Below, one piece after another: positions 12,881 to 26,381 of a stretch of DNA of 64,000 nucleotides. A model generated the notes under the pieces. The model was not told where the DNA came from. It saw nothing but the letters and a program-made list of their open reading frames with translations, and did not search any database. A program made the position numbers and the translations under genes. This stretch comes from Vicugna vicugna (taxonomy: Eukaryota): positions 8,701,425 through 8,765,424 of the forward strand of contig MU058636.1 of the NCBI GenBank assembly GCA_013265495.1. The letters run 5' to 3'. Each line of letters opens with the position of its first letter. The stretch's first letter is position 1.

Positions 12881-14004
12881 TGTGTGATGATTATCCCGTA
12901 CATATAATCTTTTAGAAATTTGCCTTAAAATTATATTACTGAGACATTTTAAGGTATTGAAGACATTTTTTCAAATTGTTCTCTGCACAGGCTGTTATAA
13001 TATACAGTCCATCAGGAACACATGAAGGTGCCTATTTTCACACACTTTAGCTGCTCAATAGAATAGTCAAAGAATTATAGTTCTTCATGAATTATTCCCC
13101 AAGAGGAAGGAACTTCAACTTTTCCTCTTACTTTTGTAATAAAATGCTTGCATATAACTCTGTCTGCATTAGGTTGGATGCCTAAGGACACAGTGCTTAC
13201 ATTTTAACATAGAAAGCTAAATTAATGTTTTCAAGAAATGGCCTCCTTGCTACGTATGCAAAGATTCCCACTTTTGGGATTTCCCCTCCCCCCCATAGTA
13301 TATGCTTTTTATGATCTTTGAAGAATATTATTAGAACATTTTGAGTACAGTTGTTTAATGTTTTTGATAGATAAAGGCCTAATAAATGATGACAAATCAT
13401 GTTGATGTGATATTTATAATATGGGACTTGAGATTTTATATTTTAGAATGCTTTAATTACCCCAAAAGCTTAAAAAATGGAATTTTAGAAGAATTTAAAA
13501 TAAACGTAATTTTGAGCACAGTAATAACAGAATGACATAAAAAGAGGGCCAAACTTAAAGAATTAATTAAAATTGCTACATACAAAAATATTTAATGGGA
13601 AATATTTTTATGTAATGTCACTCAAAAAGTGCACATTTAACACATAAGAATTTGGATAAATATCACATGTTGTCAATATCTGCCATTTATTCTTCGGGAA
13701 AATTCATTTTCTGTTTGCTCCCATGCCCTATTTTTCACTTAAGAGCAAGATTTTGCATTTTCTAATATTTTTAATTAAGTCAGATGAAACCATACGTGAT
13801 AAGCCATGAGATTTTACTTTTATCACTGAAACGTGCACACTGAAAACAAGTCATCCCAGTGCAGGCAGAGTTTACAATTCGGTTTGCATGTATGAAAAAA
13901 AAAAATCTTACTACCTTCCTCACTCCGCTTTTCCTTTGAGAACACTGTTAACCCAATTCCTAATAAGGAAACTGCTCGGCACACTTACAGGAAAAAAGGC
14001 ACGG

Positions 14005-14076
14005 GTTTCCTTGGCAACTGGAGCCATGTGCAATCTCTCAGAACAGCTCCTCCTACACTCAAGTTTCCTAGGTAGC
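14005..14076. promoter_or_regulatory. Pair of RFX X-box-like motifs in unique sequence
   Basis: GTTTCCTTGGCAAC (14005-14018) and GTTTCCTAGGTAGC (14063-14076) versus consensus GTTNCCATGGNAAC. Confidence 0.45.
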
Positions 14077-16570
14077 AGGCTGCATATATTTATAAAGACA
14101 ATGGGATAATGGGACAGATATGACCCTGTTCAACCTCGCATGTAAAAAGCTTCAATGGGAAAGATGCATTTGCTATAATAACTGGCAATTTGAGAGAAAA
14201 TATTAATTGTAGAACGACGTTGCTGCCTCTGCCTAATTCAGGTTTAACAGTTTAACTCAAGATCCAAAGTATATTATGTGTTCATCAAGAATTTTTTTAC
14301 AGCCAAAAAAAATTTAAAAATTTAAAACCTCCACCACCTCCCATGTTACTTCACCCCTACCTCTCCACCAGCAAATTAGCTCATACATGTTTGCAGCTAA
14401 AGGTAAACTGCAGGTGAGCAATTTCACGGTAAAGAGCGATGACTAGTCTCCCAGGGTTCTGTCAATGAAGCAGAAAAGCTGAGCCTTTATCTCACATGAA
14501 TGGAAAGGAACTCAATTTACCCTGAAATTGACAGTAAAATGCCACAAAAGTTGAAAAATCTCTAAACGGAACTTGTCTATCGATCTGGAAAATATTAGTG
14601 AACAAATCATGAATGGTTTAAAGGAAATGGATACTTAAAGTAAAATTTTAAGGAGAAATTATTGAGAAAACTGATTACATACAGTCTATGCACAGGGTTA
14701 TTTTCTGGCTGTAGGGATGGTTGGGAAAAATTATATGAATTCATTTATATAATGCAAGTTCTGTTTTTCTAACATAAAAACATTCAGAAGAAATCAAAGA
14801 GCAGATGTAGATTATTATTAAATGTGGACAGAGCCAATGCAAAATTTCCTGGCTAATTGGGAGTCTTTACAAGCCAAATATTGTTTAAAGAATTTTTTTT
14901 GGAAACTTAAAAAATTCTTAATTTCATATAATAGGGGCTCCTATTCTATGACACACAACTTCTATTCTCTCACAGTGCAATTAAGTATAATTATCTATTG
15001 AGTTGCACACTAAGAAAAATATAATTTATACGTAATTAATCAGCTCTGGAGCATTCTGAATTTTAAACTATGAGCAACTTGAGGAGTATAGATTGTTTAA
15101 AATTGTTTTCTGAATACTTAGTAGAACATTTTTACAACTAGAACCTGAAGGGAGGAATATCAATACACTTACTCTAATAACCTTCCTGCAATATACATTG
15201 TGAAATAGTCTATATGTTTATTTTTTGAATGGACAAGTGGGACACATTTTTGAACAAAAATTTGGTACACAAACATTTTTATATTGCTTTTTAAAATATA
15301 ATTAAGTTTAATTTCTGTCTAACTTTCTGTCTGTCTCTCTCTCATACACACACATACTCATTTTTTTATCCGATCACTTTCATTGAATTAATTGAAATAG
15401 TATGGTTTCCTTTAATGCCTCATATACCTTTTATCAGGTTAACCTGTATTACATAATGTAGTATGTTTAAAAGATATGTTTTACTCTAGTGTATAAATTT
15501 AGCATAAATTACTTAAAAATTTCTCCTCTGATGGATGCTTAACTTGGTTTACTTCAATTGTGTACACAACACACATATACACCCTACACTTGTGCTTTTT
15601 ATTTCCTATTTTGTGTGATTCCAAGCAGTGAAGTTTGCAGAGTTTGAGAATCAATCTTGGAAAGTGATTTTGAGATTGCAAGTATGGATTGTAAATAATT
15701 TATGACAATAACAGCACAGACTCCTTATATTCGGAACTGTTAGTTTAGTGCACTACAGGGTATGACTAAGTACTCCATCTGCAGGTTTACTTGTCTCACG
15801 GTGCAGACTTGCCAAGCTCGTGTTCAGCAGCATCCTTTTAAATTCCTGTTCTTATTCAAGTGCACCCTCTTTTCCTTCCTCAGAATTCTAAATCCAAATG
15901 TCCCTCTTCTATATGCAAAAGCAAAAATGCAACAATAAGAGTAGACATTTACTTGAGTTATCTAATTATTTACTTTGTTTTAGGTTAAGTATGTACTAGG
16001 TGCTAAGTGATTTACTTGCATTAGAGGATCAAATATCAAGGATTAATCTCTATTACTTGATTATTTTGTTACCCTTTCAGTCCTTTTTCCAATATAATTT
16101 GATCAGACAATTCTGTTTATATTTTTTGTGTCCAACTATAAAGCCTGTCTTCTGGCTGTTTCTAAGATACGTTTTGGGTTTTTTGTTGTTGTTGTTGTTC
16201 GTCAGGGACATCTTTCCCATCACCCCTGATAGCACACCATGAACATAAATAAAAACATATGAAAATAAATAAAACAAGAAGAAGGAAATTACTAACATCT
16301 GGTTTGAATGTATAGAAGCAATGCTTATTCTGAGGCATTACAGAACTAGTCATTATTTTTTAACTAATAACTAGCTGCCATGCAGCATAGTGATTCCAGA
16401 GTAAGAATGTCAGAGCAATTTGTGTACGTCTTCTAGCCTAGTTGAATTTTATTTTATGGTAAATAACACTAAAATCAAGGCCATCTTTGATGGGCATATT
16501 TAATTTAATATGCTTCTAATTTTAGTTACTTGGTTTTTAACTACTATACTATGTTTAAGAAAAAATGTTT

Positions 16571-16752
16571 GGGAGGGAGGGCATAGCTCAACAGTAGAGT
16601 GCATGTCGCATGCATGAGGTCCTGGGTTCAATCCCCAGGACCTCCATTAAAATAAATAAATAAACCTAATTACTTACCCCCAACCCCCACCAAAAAAAAA
16701 AATACAAAAAACCCAAACAAGGCAAAAAAAAATAAATAAAAGGAAGAAAGAA
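16571..16752 (+). mobile_element. tRNA-derived SINE, Vic-1-like
   Basis: gggagggagggcatagctc...gaggtcctgggttcaatcccc...aaataaacctaatt, long A-rich tail; imperfect TSD aga-A-rich-atgtttg. Confidence 0.9.
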
Positions 16753-17749
16753 AGAAAGATGTTTGAAGGAACAAAAAATATTAATTTAAACTGACAAACA
16801 AATGAACATTTTTGGGACGTCGCAGACAGAATGTCTTGCTTGGATGAACTACTTGGCTATTACCTCTAAGCCCGTCCATCTCTGAGATACTCTAATTCTC
16901 ATGCTGCAGTCTTAGAATACATGCCACCATCAGTGTCTTTGCACAGAACTGAACTTTGTCCTTTTTAAATCATGTCAGCTCCATTAGCCACAGATTGGAC
17001 ATTTTAGACCTCTTTTCATCAGAATGGTTACTCTTTACCTAAAACCGGCAGACTAATATTCTTTAATTAGTTAAACCTATGGTGCAATTAAGAGATGTCT
17101 GGCTAACTATTTTGGAAATGGTCAATATTTCTTACATGAAAGTGGCAGTTTAAAGTTTCCCAAGGAAAATGAATCCGTCTGTAAATGGTATGAATACATT
17201 AGTGAAGAAACCAGCAAGGTCACAAAAACCATTTTCAATGTCAAGGCTTATCATAGTCCATAAAACAGATCTTTCCTTAATCTTTTATGGAACTGTAAAA
17301 GACAGTCTCAAAAATTGAATGATTAGGAGGAATACTCAATTTTGACCTTTAAAAATGTATTTATTAGGTTTATAGAAAGCTCCATGTACATAGAGGCTTG
17401 ATTGCCATGCTTCTTTCTTCTCTGAGCTACTGCACACATTCAGGCAGGACCCCCCCCCCCACGGTCTGCATGACTGGCTATGAAGGGAAGTGCATCCATT
17501 ATCTTTTACTCTGCCCAAAACTAAAGTGCTTATTTTTCAACATATTACTCAACATATTAAGCTGCAAATAATGAGCTCTAATCCTACAGTGAAAACTTTC
17601 TTATTTGCTTTGCTATGTGCTTAATAAAAAGTTCACAAGAAAATGCAAAAGGAATTCTGTGAAATACCATCTTTGTCATACAGCATGTGAAATAATCTAT
17701 CTGATGAAGCAAGTTCCAGTATTAAGGAAACAACAGTTTCTTTTTTTCT

Positions 17750-18715
17750 GTTTTATCTTTATCGCATGTCAAAGTATGGAATAAACATACATAGATACAA
17801 GTAATATTAATATGACTTACAAAATAAAATGATCTCATGAACACCACAAACCTACTACCCAGTCCAAGAATTAGAATAGAATCTGGAACTTGCATTACCT
17901 TTTCCTGCTCTGTTTCTCTCCCTACCTTCTTCTATGTTTGATCGTATATATATTTATTGAAACAATAAATTGCTTAGTTTTTCTTATTAAATTAGTGAAT
18001 CAAAGATAACATATGATAGATAATCTTGTGGAACTTACTGCTTTTACTCAACATTATGCTTCCAAAATTCATTTGTGTTGCCTTGTGCACCTGTAATTTA
18101 TTAATTTATCTGCTGTTTAATGTTTTATTGTGCTAGTGTACCACAATTTGTGAATTTGGATTGTTTCTAGTTTTTTTTTTCCCCTAATACAAACCGTCTT
18201 GATAAGAACACCCTTTTGTACATAGTTGAATAGGCTAGGATGTTGGCATAGTTCTATGAATGAAATGACTGGGAAAGAGGTATGTGAATATTCAGCTTTA
18301 GGAGATGGTGCAGATTATTTTCCAAAATGGTTGTACTGCTTACATTCTCATTAGAAACATACGAGACCATGGTTGTATTATTTGACTTAATTTTTGAAAA
18401 TCTAGAATGCATAAAATGGTTTCTCATTTTTGCTTTATCTTTATTATCTTTACAATTTACAATGATTTTCAGCAGTTTTCGCACGCTAATTGGCCTTATG
18501 TGTCACTTCTTTGGCCTTGAGTTTGGCCTGCTTTTCTATTGGCCTGTTTTGCATTTTTATTTAGATTGATTTTTAGGAGTTCTTTATACTCTGCATGCTA
18601 AAACTTTGTTGGACAAACATAGATACATACACATCACTTGTACATGGTCCCTTTTTGTGATGTCTTTCAATGAACAGGATTTGAAAAATTTTATTGTGGT
18701 CATTTTTTATCATTG
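17750..18715 (-). mobile_element. Old L1ME-type 3' region
   Basis: cttttactcaacattatgcttccaaaattcatttgtgttg...gtgtaccacaatttg...gatttttaggagttctttata. Confidence 0.7.
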
Positions 18716-18792
18716 TTTAGACTCTCCACCAGTAGTAAGCTTAGCTATAGCTTTTTGCTTATTTGTTTTTTTCCTTCTTCTTCCTGCACCAG

Positions 18793-18829
18793 GAAAAAGG
18801 ATTCCAAACCAAGGCAAATAAGGAAGTGT
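18793..18829 (+). CDS. Candidate 37-nt exon of an unidentified + strand gene (phase 2->0 reading KKDSKPRQIRKC)
   Basis: ~40-nt pyrimidine tract ending ttcctgcaccAG; donor TGT|GTAAGT; TGCATG at 18837-18842. Confidence 0.5.
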
Positions 18830-20049
18830 GTAAGTTTGCATGTATAAGCCAAGCAGCACAAACTTATAAATCTTCCTGTCAGGAACTTGACACAAGGAAA
18901 TGAGGAAACCATCCTGCAAACAAGTAATATTTGCTCTGCAATGATTGGCTGCTGGCCAGCTCAGAACTACCGATGCGGTAACAATCGTATAATTCTAAGA
19001 GACTGATTTATGTTCTCACTGCATAAAGCACTGTTAAACAGCCACTGCTCTGCAGACCGGAGAACAGCCTTTGTCGGTATCTTTATGTAAAAGTCACCCT
19101 TCTGGATGAAATCATTGCCATGAATTTAACTGTGTCTTAATAATACTGTTGGGTGCAGAGTAGGTATAATTGGCTCAAATTCTTAAGGCTCCAACTTCCT
19201 TTTCCCAGCGTCACAATTTTACTGAAATTTCATTTTTACAGTAATGAGTTTTGATTTTAACCACAAAAATATTCTTCAGTTCAAATGCTTGATTAACGTT
19301 ATAATTTAGCCTGACATCTGGGTTAATATTTTATTTATCTCAGGCCCATGTCCAGATTCTGAATCTCACAGATATTCATTCTCTGAATCACCCATTTTTA
19401 AGCCTCTCAACATCAAATGTCAGATTCAATTTAAAAAAATAGAATTTCTATTGTGTTATTAAGTCAGAAATTTGGGTTTGTCAACAGAAAAATAAGAAAG
19501 GAATTGGGAGAGAGGTGCCCTTATTTTCCCAACATGGCATCCATTGAGCATTCCTTCTGTGCTCTGTGCATTGCCACCAGGTTTCCAGAGGGCTGCAAGA
19601 AGGTCACAGGTCAACAGTCAGGGTCCCCTTTGTCATAGTAAGGACTGACTTACATGTAGTGTGGCACCTGCCCCACCCGGCACTTCCTCCTGTCCCACAG
19701 CGAGCACAGGGGTAAGATGTGGGGAGACAGGTCACGAATTGCAGCAAACTGACTTCTTTCCAGGCAGATAACGTGGGCTGAACACTTCAATACAATCATG
19801 GCCAAGGATGCCTAAATTCCGCATTGAATGCTGGAAGTGCTCTACCTGCCTCTGGATTGTCTCTGCTTCTGGATCACAATGTGCTAGGAGTTCCATCCGA
19901 ACACCTGGGATGTTCACCAGCCCTCCCTATGGCCAGTTCTGAACTAAAATTCCTTCCTCAAAAATGCAAAATGTAATCTGTATTTTTAGCCACTTGCTCT
20001 AGGCAGTTGCAAAATAGAGAAAATAACTTTAGAGGAAAAACTACAGGTT

Positions 20050-20470
20050 GTGGGGACTGTATCTTGGATGTTCCCTCCCCCTTAATCACCGAGATTCTGG
20101 TCACAAAATTTTCTCATTTTTATTTTTCTAGCCCTGGCAAACTGCCAAAAGCACAATCAGTTTCTCTGTCTTTTAAGACTATCCTTCTGACCAGACCCTC
20201 TATCTGGATGCCTAGCATCTTGTCTCATACAGCAGAATGTGCAAATGTCCTGAGGTTACCAGAGACTGCAGAGTAGATGGCTCACCTTTCTTCCTTTTCT
20301 TGAAATTTTACCCACAACTTTAGCTTGTCCCCATAAATCTCAAATGCCTTCAAATAAGTGTCTTTCTAATATACATATAGTTTATTGGGTTTTTTCCTTC
20401 TGTCTTTTGACAGGATATTTATTTGGTTTGTACAAGCTACTCCATTATATCTGAAAGCAGAATCCCATCA
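20050..20470 (-). mobile_element. Old L1M 5' end fragment
   Basis: ends ...ggtttgtacaagctactccattatatctgaaagcagaa, resembling the reverse complement of an L1M 5' terminus. Confidence 0.5.
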
Positions 20471-22327
20471 TTCTTTTATAATATTTCTTTTCCTATTTTG
20501 AGAATAAAACCCTGAAATTTTAAAATTATATTTTTCTTCTATTATTTCTCAAAAAGATATCACTTTATTGACCGCAATTATTTTAATTAACTAATGCATT
20601 GGTGAAAATAACCATATAGAGTTAAAATACTTCTATTCATTAGACAATTGTGTACTGTATATAAGTATATTTTTATTTTTGCTTTTGTCTTGTAATGTGA
20701 AACTTATTAGTCCTTCAAGCAAGTGGGATAATTTATAATTTCTTTTACTTTTCTTTCTAACCATCTGTGGTAACTCAATTGTGTTCCAAGCTAATATATG
20801 TTCTAACCAAACACATAACCTGCAATTGCCTTTAATTTCAGTCATTTTAGGATTTGAGGCAGTTTTTGCTTTTCCTGTTTTAAGCTGGAAAGACAAACCT
20901 TAAAGAAAAAATTCTGGTAACCCCATTCATAGCTACACATGTATGTAGAAAGTACAGAACTAACTAAGTCTACAGTGGATAATTAATCAATTTCTCAAAA
21001 ACTCAAAACAGCAAACACACACTTCTGTATTTTATAGACGCAGAAAAAGAATAATTGTTTTGCAATTTTATTTGAAGAAGACATGCAGGCTTCTTAGTCT
21101 TTTCTAAGAGGATCTCATTTATCAACTGCTAAAGAAACAAACTCTTAAATACTACCAACAGTTACAAAATTAAGTTACCAATTATATGATAAAATGTATG
21201 TAATTCTTGCCAAACTGAATCAAATAGCCAAGAGGTTGTAAAAGCAATACAGATTCATCCTTCATAATATCATATATGGTGAATATGATTTATTTTAGTA
21301 AAATAATTTTTAATTACCTAGGTACTGTTATTTGAAGAGGATTGTGACAACTTTTGTCAGTAATCAATATGACACTGTAGGAAGTTTTAATCTATTATTA
21401 AATAGATTTTCTGAGTGATCCCCTATCATAATCAATTTCACAGCAAAAAATGGAGCTTAAAATTACTGAAAAGTGTTGTTCAGGTTTATCCATATAAGAG
21501 AAAAACATCAATAAATTAGACATAGTGTAAGGAATGTCTTTTTTTCTTAGCAAATGTTGGTAAGAGAATTAGAGAAGTAACATCTTAAATTTTAAAAATA
21601 TGATGCACGATCATGATGTGTGTTTTTAAATGACATCACATACATTTCAAACTGATCAGCTAATTCTTAGTTTTAAGTCAGCAGGACAAAATAAAAAATG
21701 AAGAAGCTTAAAATAGTAGTTGGTTTTTTTCCTTTAATTTGAATATATTTCTACTGCAATGGATTGAAATTGAAATATTTTTAGAACATATCTAAAACTT
21801 GGTCTTTTTTGTTTTTCCCAGCTGTAGTTTCTAACTTCCATCTTTAAGCTAATTTTTAGCCAGTTCCACATAAAATGAAAATTCTCATTTTTCCTTCTGC
21901 CTACCCTCCTCCAGTAAATGTTTGCCTCCCACAGAGCCCCACTTGAGCCTCAATTAGTGGGAGTATTTGAAATAAAATAATTTCTCTTTCAATCTCTCTT
22001 ACCTGAAGCATATTTTTGCCTTACTTTTCACATCCATTTCAATTTCATGGAGAAGCCCAATGTCTTCCTGTAAAACAAGTGACTAAATGTTTTCTACTTA
22101 TGTCAGTGATGTGCTTTTGAATGGCACCAGGATAGAAAGTCTTATCTTGAATTTTGAATGTTAGATGAGATAAATAACGTCATTTTCATTTAAAGAGTGA
22201 TTTTAATAAGACTATAGAGTTCTCTTTAGAAATCCTTAGGACAGAAAACATGTCAAATATTAATAGTGGTTTATCTCCAAATTACTGTATATTATAAAAA
22301 ACTCACATAATGCCAACATTACCCAAC

Positions 22328-24545
22328 TGACTTCTGCTTTTAGAATTATCATGGACTAGCTATTCTACTTAAAAAATTCTGATTCTGGATAAATTATACA
22401 TAATTTAAAATACATTGTTAAGCTCACAAAATATTAAGGAAATCAAGAAACAATCAAGTAAAAAAATAAATAGCAAGTTGAATCAGTGTTAGGACATAAT
22501 AAAACTGTTTTCTTCTGCAGAGGGAGAAGGGGGTCAAATCTCTCACAAATAATATACTGCACAGAGAAAGACTGCAAGTGAAATAATTCAAATGCAAATG
22601 GAGCAAAAGGACCAACGGGAAAACTATGTTTTAGCTCCGGATTAAGATGATCTCTCCTGAGATTTTGTAATGAAGGCCTGCCTCACTTGGGTCTAGAGTT
22701 TAACTTTATATTATAGACATGGTTATAAGCCTTCTAGAGAAGAGTTAAATTAAAGTGCTCCTTGGCACACTCAGAGTTAAATTTTTTGAATGAAAACCTC
22801 TTTATATAAAGACCGCCAAGCTAATGTTTAGGCAAAATGAACTCAAAATAAAGCATTAAAAAACATACCAAGAAGTAAGTCAATATAAGTAAATATAACA
22901 AAAAACTGAAGAAATTATCAGAGATAACACATAAAAATGATTCATTAGGTACAAAATACTAAATAAAAGATGAATTTGAAATAAAATTATCATGGATTAA
23001 AAGGCTATCAAAAATAGCCAGAAAGATTTTTTAAATGGGCCAAAGAACTTCTGAAAGTTAAAAAATAATAATTGAAATAAAAAGTATTTGATGAGTAATA
23101 TAGCAGATTTTATGATAGATTAAAACTTATTGAATCATAAAATATACCTATGAAATTACACTTCATGCAATGTAGAGATATAAGTAGTGATGGGGAATAT
23201 AGAGGAGAGTTAAAGACATGTAGAATAAAACGATAAAGTTTAGTATTTTTAAAACAGATTTCCAAAAAGGAGGTGAGAGATAGTTTAAAGATACAATGCT
23301 TGAAAGTTTTGCAGAAAAAAAAAATGAAAGACTTGAAAGTTTGAGTTAAATGACTCAATGAATTTTCATAATAATAAAAAAAATAAAACCACACCTAGTC
23401 CTATTGCAGTGGGGATACAGGGCACTGAGACAAAGCATTAAATTCAGCAGGAAAGAAAAGAAAGGTCACATACAAAGGAATCACAAGGAAAACTAATATA
23501 TATTGGATTAGTGCAGTCAAAATATTAGATAATAAAACTACTAACTAGAACTTTAAACTCAACAGAACTATCTTTCAATAATGAGTGAGAAAAATAAACC
23601 AAGAGGAAAAAAAAAATGACACTGGAGTAAGAATACGTACAAAAAAATAGAAAAGAAAAAAGAAAAAAAAGCCCTAGGAAAGTGAAGACAAATTTAAGAC
23701 GTGAACACAGTGTGCAAAAATATGAACAAACCATTTCATTAGAAGAAGGCATAGGAATGGTTAATAAATATGCCCATCCTCATTAGTAATCTGGGAAATT
23801 CTAATTAAATGAAATAGAATTTTTACACTTGACAAAAGGTCGAGTACCTGGAAAGTACCAAGTGTTGGTGAGGACGTGCAGCAACGAGAATTCCTACATT
23901 TATCCTTTGTGGAAGTATGTCGGTCTAAACACTTTTGAAGACAATGTGACACTATTTAGGTGGTTTGAAAGATATGCATACTTGTGACCAAGCATTTTCA
24001 ATCTCAGGAAAGTACCAAAGAGAATCTCATATAAATGGGCATCAGCAGGCATTCGCAAGAGTATCACTGTAGTACTGATTTTGATATAAAAGCTGAAAAT
24101 AGTCTCCCTATTGAGATTTTGCACTTTGACATACTGACTCCATGCAACCATATACTGAAGCGACGGTTGATAAATGAGAGTGGAGATATCAAGAGGCATG
24201 GAATTCCCAAACATATTAGGTCCACAAAGCAAGTGGCAGAGGAATGAATTAAGTATGTGTACCATTACTATACATATTATATATATACTTTATATATAAA
24301 TTTAGTAAATATATTATCTTTGGCATACATACATGTGGCAAAATTATAATAAAAAGCAAGGAAAATAAAAACAGAAAAATCCAAGAAGCAGTTAACAATG
24401 ATGGGAGAGCCCTAAGGGTGAGGAAGTGGAATGTAATAAAGAAGTAGAAAGCTGGGGTCCTTAAAGTTACTAACAGTAACGTATTTTTAAAAATGAGTGG
24501 TTAGTACAAATGCTCTCGTCTGTCATACTTTGTACTATACATACA
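22328..24545 (+). mobile_element. Ancient L1M/HAL1-like element: 5'UTR, decayed ORF1, then ORF2 end and 3'UTR
   Basis: starts gacttctgcttttag; A-rich ORF1-like segment 22850-23580; accaagtgttggtgaggacgtgcagcaacgagaattc near 23860. Confidence 0.65.
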
Positions 24546-25129
24546 ATACAGTTTTCTTCACATGTGACAACTTCCTTATTAATGAACTAGATGGCATGGC
24601 CAAATATCTATTATTTTAAAATTTAATTTAAATTTGCTGTCCAGTGCTTAGCAATTATTCATCAAAAATCAAAGGTCATATTCGACCCTGGAATTAAAGG
24701 ATCAAAGTTTTATTTCAATAAACTATAATTTAAAAGTTATAAATGGCATTACAAATGTATTTCTATTTAGTATTGTATTTTTGTATTTTTTAATTTAGAA
24801 TAATTTTGTTTCCCAGAGGAGTTTTTTTGGTTGCATTTGCGTTGTGTGATTTATTATAGAGCATCAATTACAAACAAGTATCAACATAAGGAAAATATTG
24901 GGTCAAATTTATTCACCACATTTTTTATACATGAGTCCCAAAGAGAGTAACGTCTCACTGCAGATGGTAGTAATTTATTTACTTACATGTTCTCATGTGT
25001 TTCTTCTTTTACCCTTTGTCAGTTTCCAAGTGTTCTATTGTGTAGCCCAAATTCTAAGAGTTTCAGTAAAGTCACTCCCTTTAACTAAACTTTAACTTTG
25101 AGCAAAAGAAAATATATTAACTCTTCCTA

Positions 25130-25270
25130 AAATGTTAGGAACTTGGTATTATTACTATCTCGATTTTATGTGTGAGGAAACTGAGACTCAGAAAGGTTGA
25201 GTAAACTGTCCAAGATCATAGAGATAATTATTAACACAATAGGAGTTCAAACTCATCTTGGAATAACATT
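25130..25270 (-). mobile_element. MIR SINE
   Basis: attttatgtgtgaggaaactgagactcagaaaggttgagtaaactgtccaagatcatag. Confidence 0.8.
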
Positions 25271-25870
25271 CTACCTTATTTTCCAAAATGTGATGCTTAA
25301 AGAGGGATTTCAACATACATATACATTTGAATATGTGTTCCTAAATGAGTATATGGCTCAGAAAGTTCTTACTGTGGACAGTTTTCACTTGTTACATCTA
25401 TTCATTTCATTTTCATAATGATTCTTTCTGCATTTTGGTAATTTAAACAAATTATTTTCAGTATTATTTTATTTGAATTATTATTTATTAGAGCAATCTC
25501 CTACTAGATTGTTCTAATACCTTCCAGGTCTTGGATACATGCTAATTCTTAAAATTGTTCTTAAATATGACTCATTCATTTTTGTCCAGAGTTAGAAAAT
25601 ATAAAGTAAATTATGATTTGTCTTTAAATCTGAATTTTGACTAGTGTTGGCATAATTTTAGAAAAATTCTTCCAGTCTAGAGTATGGAAGCCTATTTTCA
25701 AAGGATGCCAGATGCTCCCTATATTCTCTTTTGTAAAAGAAAAATCTGATAATATATATGGTGGCATTCATTCATGAACTTGAAAGGAACTACTTCATAT
25801 AAATACTCTTTGGCCTAAAAGACATTCTATTTTTATAATTAGATCTCAAATACTAGAAACTTTTTACTTT

Positions 25871-26381
25871 TGCAATAGGGAAGAACAAATCTCACTCCAT
25901 ATTGATCTGTTTCTTTTACTTTAAACTTTGTGCTCTCTTGCTTTTGCTACAAGTTAATCACTAAAGGAATGCTGCTTATAGCTTAAAGTATACATAATAG
26001 CCCATCTCCGGGAACCCTTTCTCCTGTGTCTGAGCGTCAAGCTAAAATACATTTCTTTAATCATAGGAAACATCCTGACCAAGTGCACCTGTCAATGGAC
26101 GCAGGAAAGAAGAAATTAGCACATCCCTTCCAGAGTCTGGCCAGAACCAGGAAATATTTGGAACAATGCCTTTTGAAACTAACCTCCTCAACTCTTCCTC
26201 TTTGCTCTATAAAAGAAAGTAGCATCCAAACCTGGGCAAGATGGTTCTTTGGGACACTAGTCCACCATCTTCTATGTCTGCTGTCTTTCTGAATAAAGTC
26301 CCTATTCCTTGCCCCAATGACTTGTCTCTTGATTGACTGGCCTGTCGTGCAGCTAGCAGTAGGAGCTTGGACTTGGTAACA
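25871..26381 (+). mobile_element. Solo ERV LTR (class I type)
   Basis: TG...CA termini, TATAAAA box, AATAAA, 4-bp TSD CTTT (25867-25870 and 26382-26385); alignable along its length with 61207-61730. Confidence 0.9.

Noticed and set aside
15984..15988. Possible 5-nt microexon (tttttAG|GTTAA|GTATGT)
   Set aside because: Short tract, frame-shifting length and no other support; such matches arise by chance.
19655..19960. GC-richer segment, possibly an LTR or exon
   Set aside because: No termini, TSD, splice sites or family similarity I can support.
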